The position numbers and the translations under genes are program-made. Positions 36,750 through 50,399 of a DNA stretch of 64,000 nt are shown here, in pieces; positions within the stretch are counted from its first letter, which is position 1; the number at the start of each line of letters is the position of its first letter. Location: positions 12,338,001 through 12,402,000 of the forward strand of contig OZ024743.1 in the NCBI GenBank assembly GCA_964016885.1, in the 5' to 3' direction. This stretch comes from Eledone cirrhosa. Its lineage: Eukaryota. The notes beneath the pieces were generated by a model. It was not told the origin of the DNA. It saw only the letters and a program-made list of their open reading frames with translations, and did no database searches.

Positions 36750-38420
36750 ATATTAATATATTTTAATATTTATAATTATATTATATTAATATTATAAATT
36801 TCAGATATATAAAAATCCAGTTGCTAAAGAGGAAAGTAAAAAGATTTGGGCACAAAATATTTGTCATTTTGAGAAGAGAAAGAAATCTAGGAAAACGAAA
36901 ATTCAAAGTACATTAATCGAATTATGCAAGCTACCTACTGAGCAACAGATCATTGATAGATATATCACTCTTGCTGCTGAAGAGAAAAATACCAGAAAAA
37001 GAATTAAGATAATTACTGGAGAATGTGAAAGTTTATGGGAAAAGTTCAGCTTTCCAACTATCAACAAACTTTCAATACCTCGAAAAATTGAAAAAATAAT
37101 TTAAAAAAAGGAAAAAGAAGTGAAAAGACCTGGCTCTGCGAATTTCAATAATCTGTTTGACATTACAAAAAGATATGGGAAGATTTGTCATTTTATGAAA
37201 AGCAAGTTGAGAGTTGTGGAAAGGTTGGGTATACTACAATGAAAATAGACATTGAAAAGAAAATCCATCCTTCTAAGAGAATTAAAAACAAAAAGCAAGA
37301 ACTAGATCATGATAAGCCATCCTGCTCATACATTCATCTGAACTCAAATGAAAGTTACAGTGACACCGATACAAATACCAGCGATTACAAACCTTCACCT
37401 TCACTTTCACCAGAAAAAAAACGAAAAAGAGAAAACACAGCTCATGCTGTTAACCTAGTAAGAAATACTAAATTACCTAGTAGAAAGGCAGCAGCAGTTT
37501 GCAACGAATTTAAAAGTAGTGGTATTTTAAGGTGAGCACCCCGAGTCAGTCGGCAGTGCACAAAGCAGTTATCAGAGAAGGTGAGAAACTCATGGAAAAG
37601 TGGAAAAATGGAGCCTTCATTTTGATGGAAAACGAATGAAAGATGTAGAATATCAGGTTGTAGTGATAAAAAATGATGAGAAAGAAATACGCCTGAGGCC
37701 GAAGACATTAACCGATGGAAAGGCTCTTACTATATTTAATGGATTGAAAGAAGTTATTGACAAATATGAACTGTGGGAATCTATCGTGATGATAGTCTCC
37801 AACACAACTAGTGTCAATACCGGCAAAAAGGCAGGAGTTGTTGCCATGCTCAACAGTGAGTTCGCGGGTCGCGGTTACAGCAAGCCATTATATGTTGGAT
37901 ACCAACACCACATTTTAGACCGTGCATTGAAAGTTTATTTTGATCAACTATATAGTAGCAAAACAACTTCGCCATATATCAATTATTACTTTGTTGAGGC
38001 CATTTTAAAGAACTATGACGAACTGAAGCAGAACTTTTCAAATGGAACGACGGAAATTAATGAAACCCCGACGCGCTGGAGAAGTGACATGGATTTCCTT
38101 CAGCATCTCATGATACCTGTGCAACATTTCTTTGAAAACGGTGCGTTTCCTAAAATAAATTTTAAGAAATTACCTAATTTGCAAAATGCTCGTTGGAATA
38201 GCCGAGCAATTTATTTGTTGCTTGGGTTTATTTTGATGCCTGATGACCGAGTGAAGCTGTGCGCTGGTGCCGAATGTGGGGAAATATGTGGTTCTCAAGT
38301 CAACTGTATAGAACTGACAGCAAGCAGAAACTCATTGACCAACTAATTAAGGCCAAGTGTGAAAAGGCTGCAAACACCATCAGAAAATTTTGGTCTAATG
38401 AAGAATCTCCAATTGTGACG

Positions 38421-39030
38421 CATCATCATCATCATCATCATCATTTTACGTCCGCTTTTCCCTGCTTGCAAGGGTGGGACGGGTCTTATTCAGCACAGCA
38501 TCTCTCCACTCGTCACGGTCCCTCGTCATCTCCACCGTGAGCTTCAATGATCTGAGGTCTGTTCTCACCACCTCCGCCCATGTTTTTCGTGGTCTACCTC
38601 TACCACGTCTTCCTTCAACTGGCATTTCCTGGCACTTCTTCACCCATCGGTCATCCTCCATGCGCATCACATGTCCATACCACCTCAGTCTCCTCTCCCG
38701 TACACTACATTCTATCCCTCTCAGACACAGTTTCTCTCTCAACACATTTATGCTGGGTCGTTCACGCACATTTACACTGCACATCCAACGGAGCATGCTT
38801 GCCTCATTTCTCTCCAGCCGTCGCATATCTTCTGCGGTAGCTGCCCATGTCTCACTATCATGCAGCATTGTGCTCCTCACACAGGCATCATACAACCGGC
38901 CTTTCGTACGCAGGGAGAAACCCTTCTTCGTCAACAGAGGAAGCAGCTCCCTAAACTTCTTAGGGAGATGCTTCCTCTGTTGACGAAGAAGGGTTTCTCC
39001 CTGCGTACGAAAGGCCGGTTGTATGATGCC
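38421..39030 (-). mobile_element. RTE LINE subfamily C 3' fragment with a 5' inverted duplication, inserted in a hAT transposase
   Basis: C-terminal RT ORF; (CAT)n tail at 38421; 38961-39030 mirrors about 38883-38952. Confidence 0.9.
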
Positions 39031-40462
39031 AATGCTCGAATATTTGCGCTGAGCGAGCTGTAAAAGTTGTGCAGGACCTTTTGCCATTTTGTAATAGAGA
39101 TTAAATTTTGTTTACCTAATAATTAAAATAAATTTTTTCTTGTCATAATTTATTGTTTTAGGTATTTATTTTATGGGACTGGCTAATTACCAAAAAATTA
39201 AAGATGTAATTTAGTATGTGCAAGAATTTTTTTCAAAATTTACAAAAAAACTACTGTAATTCTTTCTTTATGACAAAAACCTCATTAGAAAATAGCATGT
39301 TCATATGGGGTTGTAAAAAAGCCATATGCCTATTGCATACACATTACATCTGATTCATAACATCACACAATTAGACTATGGTTATTTGTTCTTCATACAA
39401 TGTCATTATTACTTCAACAAAAATTATATTTTATAAATTATTAACATAGTAGCTCTATGTTATTGTAGTTTATATATTTCATTATCTATGTGATCAGGGT
39501 AAATCACTTGCCCAAGGAATAATCACATCATCATCACCACTTACTTGCACACCTGCAATCTCTGGTTACATCAATTTTCCTTCCTTTATACTCTATGCAA
39601 CAATGACCATATCACTAAACAATCCACACGCGAGTACACACACAACAACTGAATCAACACCACAGCACCACCATTCATCCTAGAACTAAACCCACTATAA
39701 TCGATGAAGCTGACATTTAGAATAAAAGCATCCTTCTGATATTGTTATGGAAAGAACTAGCAATTCTGATGCATTTTCAGATGCAACTTTCTGAAAATAT
39801 ACGAAAACAACATACATAAACGAAAATTAACTTTCGCAAGAAAAAAGATGAGAGAGAGAATGTTTTGAAAAACACGTTCTGTTATGAAAAACAACAATGC
39901 ATCCTACAAATATAACCTTTTTTAACAAACAGATTTTTAAAAAGAAAAACTACTGATAATCTAAATGAACATCAAAATAAAAAACAAGATAAATGTTTCA
40001 AAATGCAGCCTTCTGATTTCAAAAACAAAAACCTCTGTGGTTACATCAACAATGAAAGCAACAGCAGACAACAACAGTGATGTCTGTAATAACAATATGT
40101 TTTGAAAACTAAGCTCTGTTACATCAAAAACATGAAACAGAATACACATGCTCACAAGATTTTCAACACCTATGTATTTAATTTATGTGGAAATCCTGAG
40201 ATAATTCTTTCTAATCTCTTCTATTTCAACTATAGACAGTCAATCGACTTTCATCAAATCAGACCAAGGATACAATGTTTCCGTTGGTCTTTCCAATTGC
40301 TAATACTATCTATCGATCGCAACTCCAGGTAGAAGGGGCAACGTGAAATAAAATATCTCACATCACCCGGTCCAGGAATTGAACTCACAACCTCACAATT
40401 GTGAATCCAATTCTCTAACCAATCAGCCACATGCCTTCACTATTTCAATTTTATATATATAT

Positions 40463-40502
<40 letters not shown>

Positions 40503-40564
40503 CATATATATATATATATATATTTTCATATATATATATATTTTTATATATATATATATATATA

Positions 40565-43500
40565 TCATCATCATCATCACCGTTTTATGTCCGCTCTTCC
40601 ACGCTAACATGGGTTAGACAGGTCGTCCTGTTGTGGACAGTGCCTGGTCAGCTGACCTTGTCTTGCTCATACGGGAACTGATTCTGGCTTGATTTCTACA
40701 GCTGGATGCCCTTCCTAACGCCAACCTCATTTACAGTGAGTGCTGGGTGCTTTTTTTCCGTGGCGCCTACACGTCCACTTTACAGTGTGGGCTGGGTGCT
40801 TTTTTGCCGTGGCACCTCCACGACCACTTTGCAGTGGCAGGGTGTGGTCTTCAGCTTCGGCTTGTACCTGTGGGGGGTCGGGTCTTCTGTATTACTGCAT
40901 GACGCAGAGGTCACGGTTATGTGTCATCGCCTTTGAGAGGTGTAATTGGGTAAGGTCGGCTTTTATCATCTCATCCCAGGTCTTCTTGGGTCTCCCCACT
41001 CCGCAGTTTCCATCGACTTCTAGTGCTCTGTACCTTTTTATGCAGCTGTCATCCTTCATACGCATCACATGTCCATACCAACGCAACCACCTCTCTTGCA
41101 CACAGCATTTGATTCCTCTTATGCTTAGTCTCTCTCTCAATTCATTTATGCTTTGCCATTCACGTATATTACTATTACACATCCATCGGAGCATGCAGGC
41201 TTCGTTTTTTTCTAATCTACGCAAGTCTTCCACAGACAGCGCCCAGGTCTCACTACCATGTAACATTGCTGTTCGTATACACGCATCATACAGTCTGCCT
41301 TTCATTTTGAGGGAAAAGCCTTTTGCAGCTAGCAGTGGCTCCCTGAACTTCTTCCATCCCGTTCTTACCCTAGTTATTGTACTTTCCGAAAACACACCTC
41401 TGCTGCTAATTCGAAGCTGTCTACTGTTTCTACAGAGCCCTCCCAGAGTTTGGTGGTAATTGTTTCCTGTGGCTGTTTGCTGCTTGCTGTCCCAGCACAG
41501 CTGCTGCATGTGAAGCCTACATTCTTAATTAAGCTTCCTGAGATCCCGCTACATCTCTTGTGTACCCATTGTTTGCATTTGGGGCAGAGAATGGAGTTCC
41601 TACCTACACCTTTCCTACATACTGGGCAAGGCCATTTCCCTGAGGGGATCTGGGTGCTGTTTTCTCGTCTACTTACAAGGACCTTAGTCTTTGTCAGGTT
41701 GACTTTGAGACCCTTTCTTTCTAGTCCCTGCTTCCAAGTTTGGAATTTCTTCTCTAGTTCTACCATAGATTCAGCTATAAGTGCAAGGTCATCTGCATAC
41801 AGGAGTTCCATCTGGTCTTAAACTCCTCCGTTATTGCCTGCAGGACTATGATGAACAGGAGAGGGCTAAGAACAGAGTCCTGGTGGACACCGACCTGTAC
41901 ACTAAATTCCTCGCTATACTCATTGCTAATCCTAACTTTGCTGACTGCTCTTCTATACATGGCTTGTACAGCTTTCACAAGCCATTCATCTAATCCTAGT
42001 TTTCTAAGAGCCCACCAGATTATAGCACAGGGAACTCTGTCAAAGGCTTTCTCGAGATCGACGAATGCCAGGTAGAGTTGCTTACTTTTAGCTAGGTACT
42101 TTCTCTGTAACTGCCTCACAAGGAAGAGGGCATCAGTGGTGCCTCTTCCTGGCACAAACCCAAATTGCATCTCATCTAGTTTCACCCGGTCCCTAATCAA
42201 CTATGCTATAACTCTTTCTGTTACTTTCATGACCTGGTCCATCAGCTTTATACCTCTATAGTTTCCTCTATCTACTGCATCACCTCTACCTTTGTAGCAG
42301 TTGACAATGATGCTACTGCACCAATCCTTTGGTATGACACCTTCTAGTATTACCTGGTTAACAATACGTGTAGTTATGGTGTGACCTACCGACCCAGATG
42401 TCTTCAGCATCTCAGCAGCTATACCCGATGGACCGGTTGCCTTCCCCGTCTTCATATCTTTGATTGCCTTACGTACTATGCTGCTGCTGACTTGTACTGC
42501 TGGCCCCTCTATAGGGTCTACTTGGGGTAGGGTCTCTTCTTCCCATGCATTCTCCTCATTTAGTAATCTATCATAATGGCTCTCCCACACATCTTTCTTC
42601 TCAGCACTTGTGAGGGCAAGCTCACCTTTATCATTCCGGATACACTTCTCTCCAATGACATCACAATTCTCTCTGACACACTACCTCGCAATCTTAAACA
42701 CCTCCTGCTTCTGGTCCTCACGTTGCAAAACATGCTTGAATTTTCTATCCTCTGCTTCCCTCCTAGCTAAGTATATTTGTTGCCTAGCTTCCCTCTTGGT
42801 CTCTATGTAATGTACCCTGATTCCCCCGTTATTCCATTCTTTCCATGCTTGTCTCTTGGCCTTAACTGCCTCATCTACCTTATTGTTCCACCACCAGGTC
42901 ACTCTCCTCTTGCCTGTGGTCTTACTCCAGCCACAGATCTCATCCGTCGCCTTTAGTAAGTTATTTTTTAGGAACTCCCAGTGCTCTTCTACGTTGAATA
43001 TCTCTATCTGCTCTTCTTTACTGTCATAGGCGTTGAATAAAATATCTTTAATTGTTACTGGCTGAGGGGTCTTTCAGATTCCAGATCTTTCTTCTCCAGG
43101 TTGGCTTCTGTTTCCAGGTTTGTCTAGTTCTGACAGTGACGTCGCTGACAACTAAGCTATGTTGGCAGGTACATTCCTCACTAGGGAAGGCTTTTGTGTT
43201 TACGACCGTCCATCTGTCATGTCCTCTGATGAGGATAAAATCTATCTGACTAGAATGCTCCCCTGATCTATAGGTGATCAGGTGGTTGTCGGGTTTTTTG
43301 AAGTTTGTGTTACATATCGACATGTCATTGGCGTCGCAGAATTCTAGAAGCCTGAGTCCTTCTTCGTTTCTTGTGCCAACCCCATGGCCTCCATGGACTC
43401 TATAGAAGCCGTCACAGTGTTTACCTACGTGTCCGTTAAAATCTCCTGCAATGATTAGGAAGTCATTGTCGTTTGTTAGAGCAGTAGTGTGCATTAGGGA

Positions 43501-43690
43501 CTCGTAAAACCTATCCTTAAGTTCGTCTGACAACCCTGATTGAGATGCATAAGCTGATATTATTGTGGTAACTGTTTTATTCAGGACTAGTCTGAGTTTA
43601 ATGATTTTTGCATTCTCCCTGTTCACTGAGATTACCTTATCTACCCACTTGTCATCTAGTAGGATACCTACACCACCCATCCCATCGTCA
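40565..43690 (-). mobile_element. RTE LINE subfamily A, about 3.1 kb, degenerate (APE endonuclease plus RT)
   Basis: EN motifs (GGVGILL, AGDFNGH, SQIDFIL) at 43048-43680; RT in several frameshifted pieces; (TA)n flanks. Confidence 0.95.
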
Positions 43691-44507
43691 TATATATATA
43701 TATAAAATTATGGATGGATATCTGATGGGTATTGGAAGGGGACCACAATTAAAAAAGGTATTCAATATGTTAGGAGGGTATAGGCATCTTTATTTTATAT
43801 ATATATATATATATCTACTATGTTAAGCTATCAATACATATTAAATGTATTTTATGATCATGTTTCCCAGTAAAAAAGCTCAATGGACCTTAGTTCTCTC
43901 TCTATATATCAAATATATATATATTCTTATTTTGGATTTTAGGCTATGGAATAGGAACTAGACTTCTTGTATTCTTCATCTTGTAATTGTTTTACTCTTT
44001 TTTTCTTTAATAGCGTAGTATTTTATTTAATCTTAATTGTTTCACATTTGTGTATGTATATTATGATTATTTGAAACCTGGGCCTCCCCATGCATGATAT
44101 CACGTCATCTTGGGGGATTGTTTGAGGGTACATTGGAAAGAGTGGAGCAAGGCCTAATACATAATGGGGTTGTAGTCGCTGCAGGTAATAATGGATATTG
44201 TTTAATGTCTATTCTTATACAGAAACTACATAATTTGACAGCTGCAGAGCTTGAAAAAGTCAATCTCCTACATACTCATATTTAGAGTGGGTTAGGTGTT
44301 GCGATATATGGATGATGCCTAAGGTAGAGAATATGGGGGATGTCTTAGTTCTAATATAGACATTTAGTTCATGGCTCAGTTTTTACAAATGTAAATTTTA
44401 TGAGTTTGGAATCCGCCTTGTTCACTAGATGTTTTGTTTATTGTTGGATTTGTTTTCTGAATGCATTATTTATGTATAGGGTATCTGATGATCGCTTGTG
44501 TTTGTTC

Positions 44508-44542
<35 letters not shown>

Positions 44543-44627
44543 ACGCATATTTAGGGTAATTATCGATGGTGAATAAAGTGGTTTGAGCAATAATGGTCTT
44601 GTTTACGTGTATATATATATATATATA

Positions 44628-45183
44628 TGCAGGGCGATAAAAATAGACGGTAGCCACGGAGTAGGCAGACCCAGAAAAACCTGGGACGACTTGCTAAACT
44701 CCGACCTCACACACTTACACCTCTCCAAGACAATGTCACTGGACCGAGATCTTTGGCGATACACAGTAATACAGAAGACCCGCCTTGCCTAAGTACAAAG
44801 CGAAACCTACAGTCAGTAGGCACCTCTAACAAAAATACACCCTGGCCCCACTACCCCCACCCCATCCACATCACCCCTTCCAATGTAAAATTATGTTGGT
44901 ACCACAGCATCCAGTCCAAAACAAATGAGGGCGTGTAGGTGTCATGACAAAAAAAACACACAGTCCACGCTGTAATGTGGCCGTGTAGGTAACACGGTAA
45001 AAACCTCCCAGTCCACACTGTAAACGTGGTTGGTGTTAGGAAGGGCATCCAGCCGTAGAAAATCCGCCAGACAGTCCTATATGAGCAAGACAACCAATCT
45101 TGCCTCAAGTGGGAAAATTCCCGTCCAAACCCATGCTAGCATGGAAGATGGACGTTAAACGATGATGATGATGATGATGATGA

Positions 45184-45184
<1 letters not shown>
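44628..45184 (+). mobile_element. RTE LINE subfamily B, 3' fragment
   Basis: CRAIKIDGSHGVGRPRKTW C-terminus, B-type 3' UTR, (ATG)n tail, (TA)n flanks. Confidence 0.9.
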
Positions 45185-45230
<46 letters not shown>

Positions 45231-45320
45231 CGTATCATATTCGTTTTTTCCCGTTCTTTGCCAGGGAACGTTTTCACGAACCAAAGTATTCACTTCCGCG
45301 TTCACAGATTGACTTTGTTA

Positions 45321-45369
45321 GTTTCAGAAGATCCCGTTAAGGGTGAAAGCAGCGATTCTTTGCTTAAAC
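45321..45369 (+). ncRNA. Hammerhead motif with a U4A core change
   Basis: GTTT-CaGAAGA-tCCCgttaaGGGt-GAAA-GCAgcgattcttTGC-TT-AAAC. Confidence 0.6.
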
Positions 45370-45408
45370 TTTAATCTGTTATTTTAATAAATATATATAT
45401 ATATATAT

Positions 45409-48400
45409 GATGATGATCATCATCATCATCATTTTACGTCCGCTTTTCCCTGCTTGCAAGGGTGGGACGGGTCTTATTCAGCACAGCATCTCTCCACTCG
45501 TCACGGTCCCTCGTCATCTCCACCGTGAGCTTCAATGATCTGAGGTTTGTTCTCACCACCTCCGCCCATGTTTTTCATGGTCTACCTCTACCACGTCTTC
45601 CTTCAAATGGCAATTCCTGACACTTCTTCACCCATCGGTCATCCTCCATGCGCATCACATGTCCATACCACCTCAGTCTCCTCTCCCGTACACTACATTC
45701 TATCCTTCTCAGACACAGTTTCTCTCTCAACACATTTATGCTGGGTCGTTCACGCACATTTACACTGCACATCCAACGGAGCATGCTTGCCTCATTTCTC
45801 TCCAGCCGTCGCATATCCTCTGCAGTTGCTGCCCATGTCTCACTACCATGCAGCATCGCGCTCCTCACACAGGCATCATACAACCGGCCTTTCGTACGCA
45901 AGGAGAAACCCTTCTTCGTCAACAGAGGAAGCAGCTCCCTAAACTTCTTCCAACCCGTCCTTATTCTAGATACTATGGCCTCGGAACACCCTCCTCCCAT
46001 GCTAATCTGATCTCCTAGGTACCGGAAGCTATCCACCACTTCCATAGCGCCCTCTTGCATTTGAAAAATGTGTCTATCAATGCGACTTCTACTGTCTAAT
46101 TTCCCTGTACATCTACTGCATACATATTTCTCCCTACCTGTTAGTTTGCCTGCTATCCCGCTACATCTCTTGTGTACCCAGGATCTGCATTGTGTGCATT
46201 TTATAGAATTTATGCCAGTTCCTTTTCTGCATATCGAACATGGCCATTTCCCTGACGGAATCAGGGTTTTGTCCTCTTTTCTACTCATCAACACTTTTGT
46301 CTTAGCTAGATTCACTCTCAGTCCTCTTGCTTCCAACTGCTGTTTCCATAGCCGGAATTTATTCTCTAGCTCCTCTACTGATTCTGCTATAAGAACCAGA
46401 TCATCAGCATAGAGAAGTTCCCATGGACAGCCAGTCTTAAACTCCTCTGTTATGGCTTGGAGGACTATAAAGAACAAGAGCGGGCTGAGGACCGAACCCT
46501 GATGTACTCCTACTTGTATCTGGAATTTCTCACTAAACTCCATTCCTACCCTGACTTTACTGAGAGTACCTCTGTACAAAGTTTGCACTGTCCTCACAAG
46601 CCATTCCTCAACACCTAGCTTCCTTAGGGACCACCAGATGACAGATCGAGGTACCCTATCAAAGGCCTTCTCTAGGTCAACAAAGGCTAAGTATAGTGGC
46701 TTATTCTTCTCTAAGAACCTCTCTTGCAATTGTCTCACCAAGAAGAGGGCATCTGTTGTACTCTTCCCAGGCACAAAACCAAACTGCATCTCATCTAGTT
46801 TGACCCTTTCTCTAATTAGTTGCGCTAAAATCCTTTCTGCCACTTTCATAACCTGATCTATCAGTTTTATACCCCTATAATTGCTCCTCTCCAAAGCATC
46901 CCCTTTACCTTTGTAGCAATTTATGAGAATACTGCTGCACCAGTCTTTGGGTATGACACCACCATATATAGCCTGATTGATGATGCGTGCAACCAGTTTA
47001 GTGCCTACATCCCCTGATGCCTTCAGCATCTCAACAACTATTCCCGATGGTCCGGCAGCCTTACCATTTTTCATTTCCCTAATCGCCTCTTGGACCCTAT
47101 ATTCGTCAATCTCAATAGCTGGTCCCTCTGTCGGATCCACCAAGGGTAATTTCTCTCTCTCCCATTCGTTCTCCACATTCATTAGTCTCTCATAATGACA
47201 TTTCCAGGCCTCCTTTTTCTGATCATTCGTGACACTAAGTACACCGGCATCATCCCAGACACATTTATCTCCAACAACATCCTGATTTGCATTGACACAC
47301 TGCCTTGCAATGTGGAACACCGCATGCCTCTGATCTTCCCGTCGCAGAACATTGGCAAACCTCCTACTCTCTGCCTCCCTGCGTGCTAAGTACACCTGAC
47401 GTCTAGCTTCTCTCTTAGTGGCTGTATATTCTTCCCTACTCCCACCCTTTTTCCAAGCCTTCCATGCTAGTCTTTTGTCTCTAATAGCCTTATCTACTGT
47501 GCTGTTCCACCACCAGGTCACTCTCTGTCTGGTTGGAGCTCTGCTCCAGCCACAGGTTTCATCAGTAGCCTGCAGCAAGTTGTCACGTAAGAAATTCCAG
47601 TTATTATCTATGTCATACGTCTCTAAATCGTCTTCTTTTTCGTCATATACATCTTGAAGGGCTTTCCTAAATTTGTATTTTAGTGTAAGGTCTTTTAGCT
47701 TCCAGACCTTTCTTCTCCACACCTTCCTATATGTCTCATTCCATCTCTTGCTTACTGAGATATCACTAACAACTAACCTATGCTGTGGGGTACATTCTTC
47801 CCCAGGGTATGCCTTGGTATTAGACACTATCTGCCTGTCCCGCTGCCTAACTAGCAGGAAGTCAATCTGGCTTATGTGCTCACCAGATTTGTAGGTTATT
47901 AGGTGATTGGCAGGTTTCTGGAAGTTTGTGTTGCAAATAGTCAATGTACCCGCATCACAAAATTCAAGAAGTCTCACTCCTTCTTCATCATCATCATCAC
48001 CGTTTTACGTCTGTTCTTCCACGCTAGCATGGGTTAGACGGGTTGTCCTGTTGTGGGCAGTGTCTGGTCGGCTGACCATGCCTTGCTCATACAGGAACTG
48101 ATCTGGCTTGATTTCTACAGCTGGATGCCCTTCCTAACACCAACCTCATTTACAGTGAGTGCTGGGTGCTTTTTCGTGGCGCCTACACGTCCACTTTACA
48201 GTGTGGGCTGGGTGCTTTTTTGCCGTGGCACCTCCACGACCACCTTGCGGTGGGGGGGGGGGGGGCATATTGTTTATATGCTTCAGCATGTACCCATGGG
48301 AGGTCGGGTACCCTGTATTACTGCGTGACGCCAGAAGTCACGGTCGTGTGTCATTGACTTTGAGAGGTGTAGTTGGGTAAGGTCGGCTTTTATCACCTCA

Positions 48401-50160
48401 TCCCAAGTCATCTTGGGTCTCTCCACTCCGCGGTTTCCATCAACTTCTAGTGCTCTGCACCTTTTTATGCAGCTGTCATCCTTCCTACGCATCACATGTC
48501 CATACCAGCGTAACCGCCTCTCCTCCACGCAGCATTTGATTCCTCTTATGCTCAGTCTCTCTCTCAATTCCTTTATGCTTTGTCGTTCACGTATATTACT
48601 GTTACACATCCATCGGAGCATGCAGGCTTCGTTTCTTTCTAATCTACGTAAGTCTTCCACCTTCAGCGCCCAGGTCTCACTACCATGCAACATCGCTGTT
48701 CGGATACACGCATCATACAGTCTGCCTTTCATTCTGAGGGAGAAGCCTTTTGCAGCTAGCAGTGGTAGTAGTTCCCTAAACTTCTTCCATCCCGTTCTTA
48801 CCCTAGTTATTGTACTTTCTGAGCACCCACCTCCGTTGCTAATTCGGTCACCTAGGTAGCAGAAGCTGTCTACTGTTTCTACAGGGCCCTCCCAGAGATT
48901 GGTGGTACTTGTTTCCTGTGGCTGTTTGCTTGCTGTTTCAGCACAGCTGCTGCATGTGAAGCCTACATTCTTAATTAAGCTTCCTGAGATCCCGCTACAT
49001 CCCTTGTGTACCCATTGTTTGCATTTGGGGCAGAGAATGGAGTTCCTACCTACACCTTTCCTACATACTGAGCAAGGCCATTTCCCTGAGGGGATCTGGG
49101 TTCTGTTTTCTCGTCTACTTATAAGGACCTTAGTCTTTGTCATGTTGACTTTGAGGCCCTTTCTCTCTAGTCCCTGCTTCCAGGTTTGGAATTTATTCTC
49201 TAGTTCTACCATAGATTCAGCTATGAGTGCGAGGTCATCAGCATACAGGAGTTCCCATGGGCATCCGGTCTTAAACTCCTCCGTTATTGCCTGCAGGACT
49301 ATGATGAACAGGAGAGGGCTAAGAACAGAGCCCTGGTGGACCCCAACCTGTACGCTAAATTCCTCGCTATACTCATTGCCAATCCTAACTTTGCTGACTG
49401 CTCCCCTATACATGGCTTGTACCGCTTTCACAAGCCATTCATCTTCATTTCTTGAACCGTAACCGTGCCCACCATGTACCCCAGTGTAACCATCCTGGAG
49501 CTGTCCAACATGACCATTGAAGTCTCCTGCTAGCATAACAATGTCTCCGTCCTCTGTCATTGCGGTTGTTTGCAAAAGTTGCTCATAAAAGCAGTCTTTC
49601 TCATCTTTGCCTAGGCCTGCTTGGGGAGCATAGGCCGAGATGATTGTCAGTAGTCTCCTACCTACAACTAATCTAAGCTTAATTATTCGATTACTAACTC
49701 GAACTACCTCTATTGTCTTATTGATCCATTTCTCAGCCAGGAAAATGCCTACTCCCCCTAGCCCATCATCCTTACCTACCCAGAATAGCTTATAGATAAG
49801 ACGCTTGCCTACGACTAGTCTCGCAGAGGCACCTCTCCATCTCACCTCTTGCACACAGCATACATCCACCTGCCTTCTCTCCAGCATCTCCGCTATTTCA
49901 GCAGATCTACCTCTGAGAGTGCCAACATTAAGTGTTGCAACTCTGAGATGCGACGTCTTCATATTTTGTTGTTGTTCCTATTTGTTGCTGTGCTGATAAG
50001 CGTTTTGGCATTGATACACTGGTTGGATGCCCTTCCTAACACCAGCGCCACTTTACAGCATGGACTGGGTGCTTTTATTTGTGCCACCAGCACTAGAGAG
50101 GATGTCTTACTAGACTCAAGGGCCCTCTCTACCCCTCCATTTTATGGCATGGTCATAGAA
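45409..50160 (-). mobile_element. RTE LINE subfamily C, near full length (5' UTR, EN, RT, tail), interrupted by a subfamily A copy
   Basis: ATG at 49962 with EN start (LRVATLNVGTL, CCVQEVRW); continues in frame at 47983 to the stop at 45575; (CAT)n tail. Confidence 0.93.
47989..49441 (-). mobile_element. RTE LINE subfamily A, 5'-truncated, nested in the subfamily C copy
   Basis: Nearly identical to about 20516-21984; 7-bp TSD TCTTCAT at 47982-47988 and 49442-49448. Confidence 0.93.
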
Positions 50161-50399
50161 AAAAAAAAAAAAAAAACTTAATATATATATATATATATAT
50201 ACATACCTTTTTTTTTCTTGCCTGAAGAATTATAAGTAGCAAGGGCAGATGTATGTGTGTTTGTGTATATGTGTTTATGTGTGCATGTATATATGTATAT
50301 GGGTACAGCTAATTATATCTTTCAATTAACAACATTTTTCTCTATCCATCCCACTCGCCAACCCACACATTATTGAAGCCTCATTCCATTCCAATCTAC

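Larger units (their letters stand above)
36050..39300 (+). mobile_element. hAT-superfamily (hATm-like) transposon relic with transposase pseudogene
   Basis: ORF 37600-38346: LHFDGK, S(N/D)TTSVNTGKKAGV, QHHILD, NARWNS. C-terminal CSNICAERAVK resumes after the RTE insert (about 39030-39100). Imperfect subterminal inverted repeats at about 36084-36180 and 39200-39300. Confidence 0.7.

Noticed and set aside
48283-49962. 559-aa ORF as a natural compact retroelement gene
   Set aside because: The TSD and the in-frame continuation at 47983 show it is a nested-insertion chimera; reported as such
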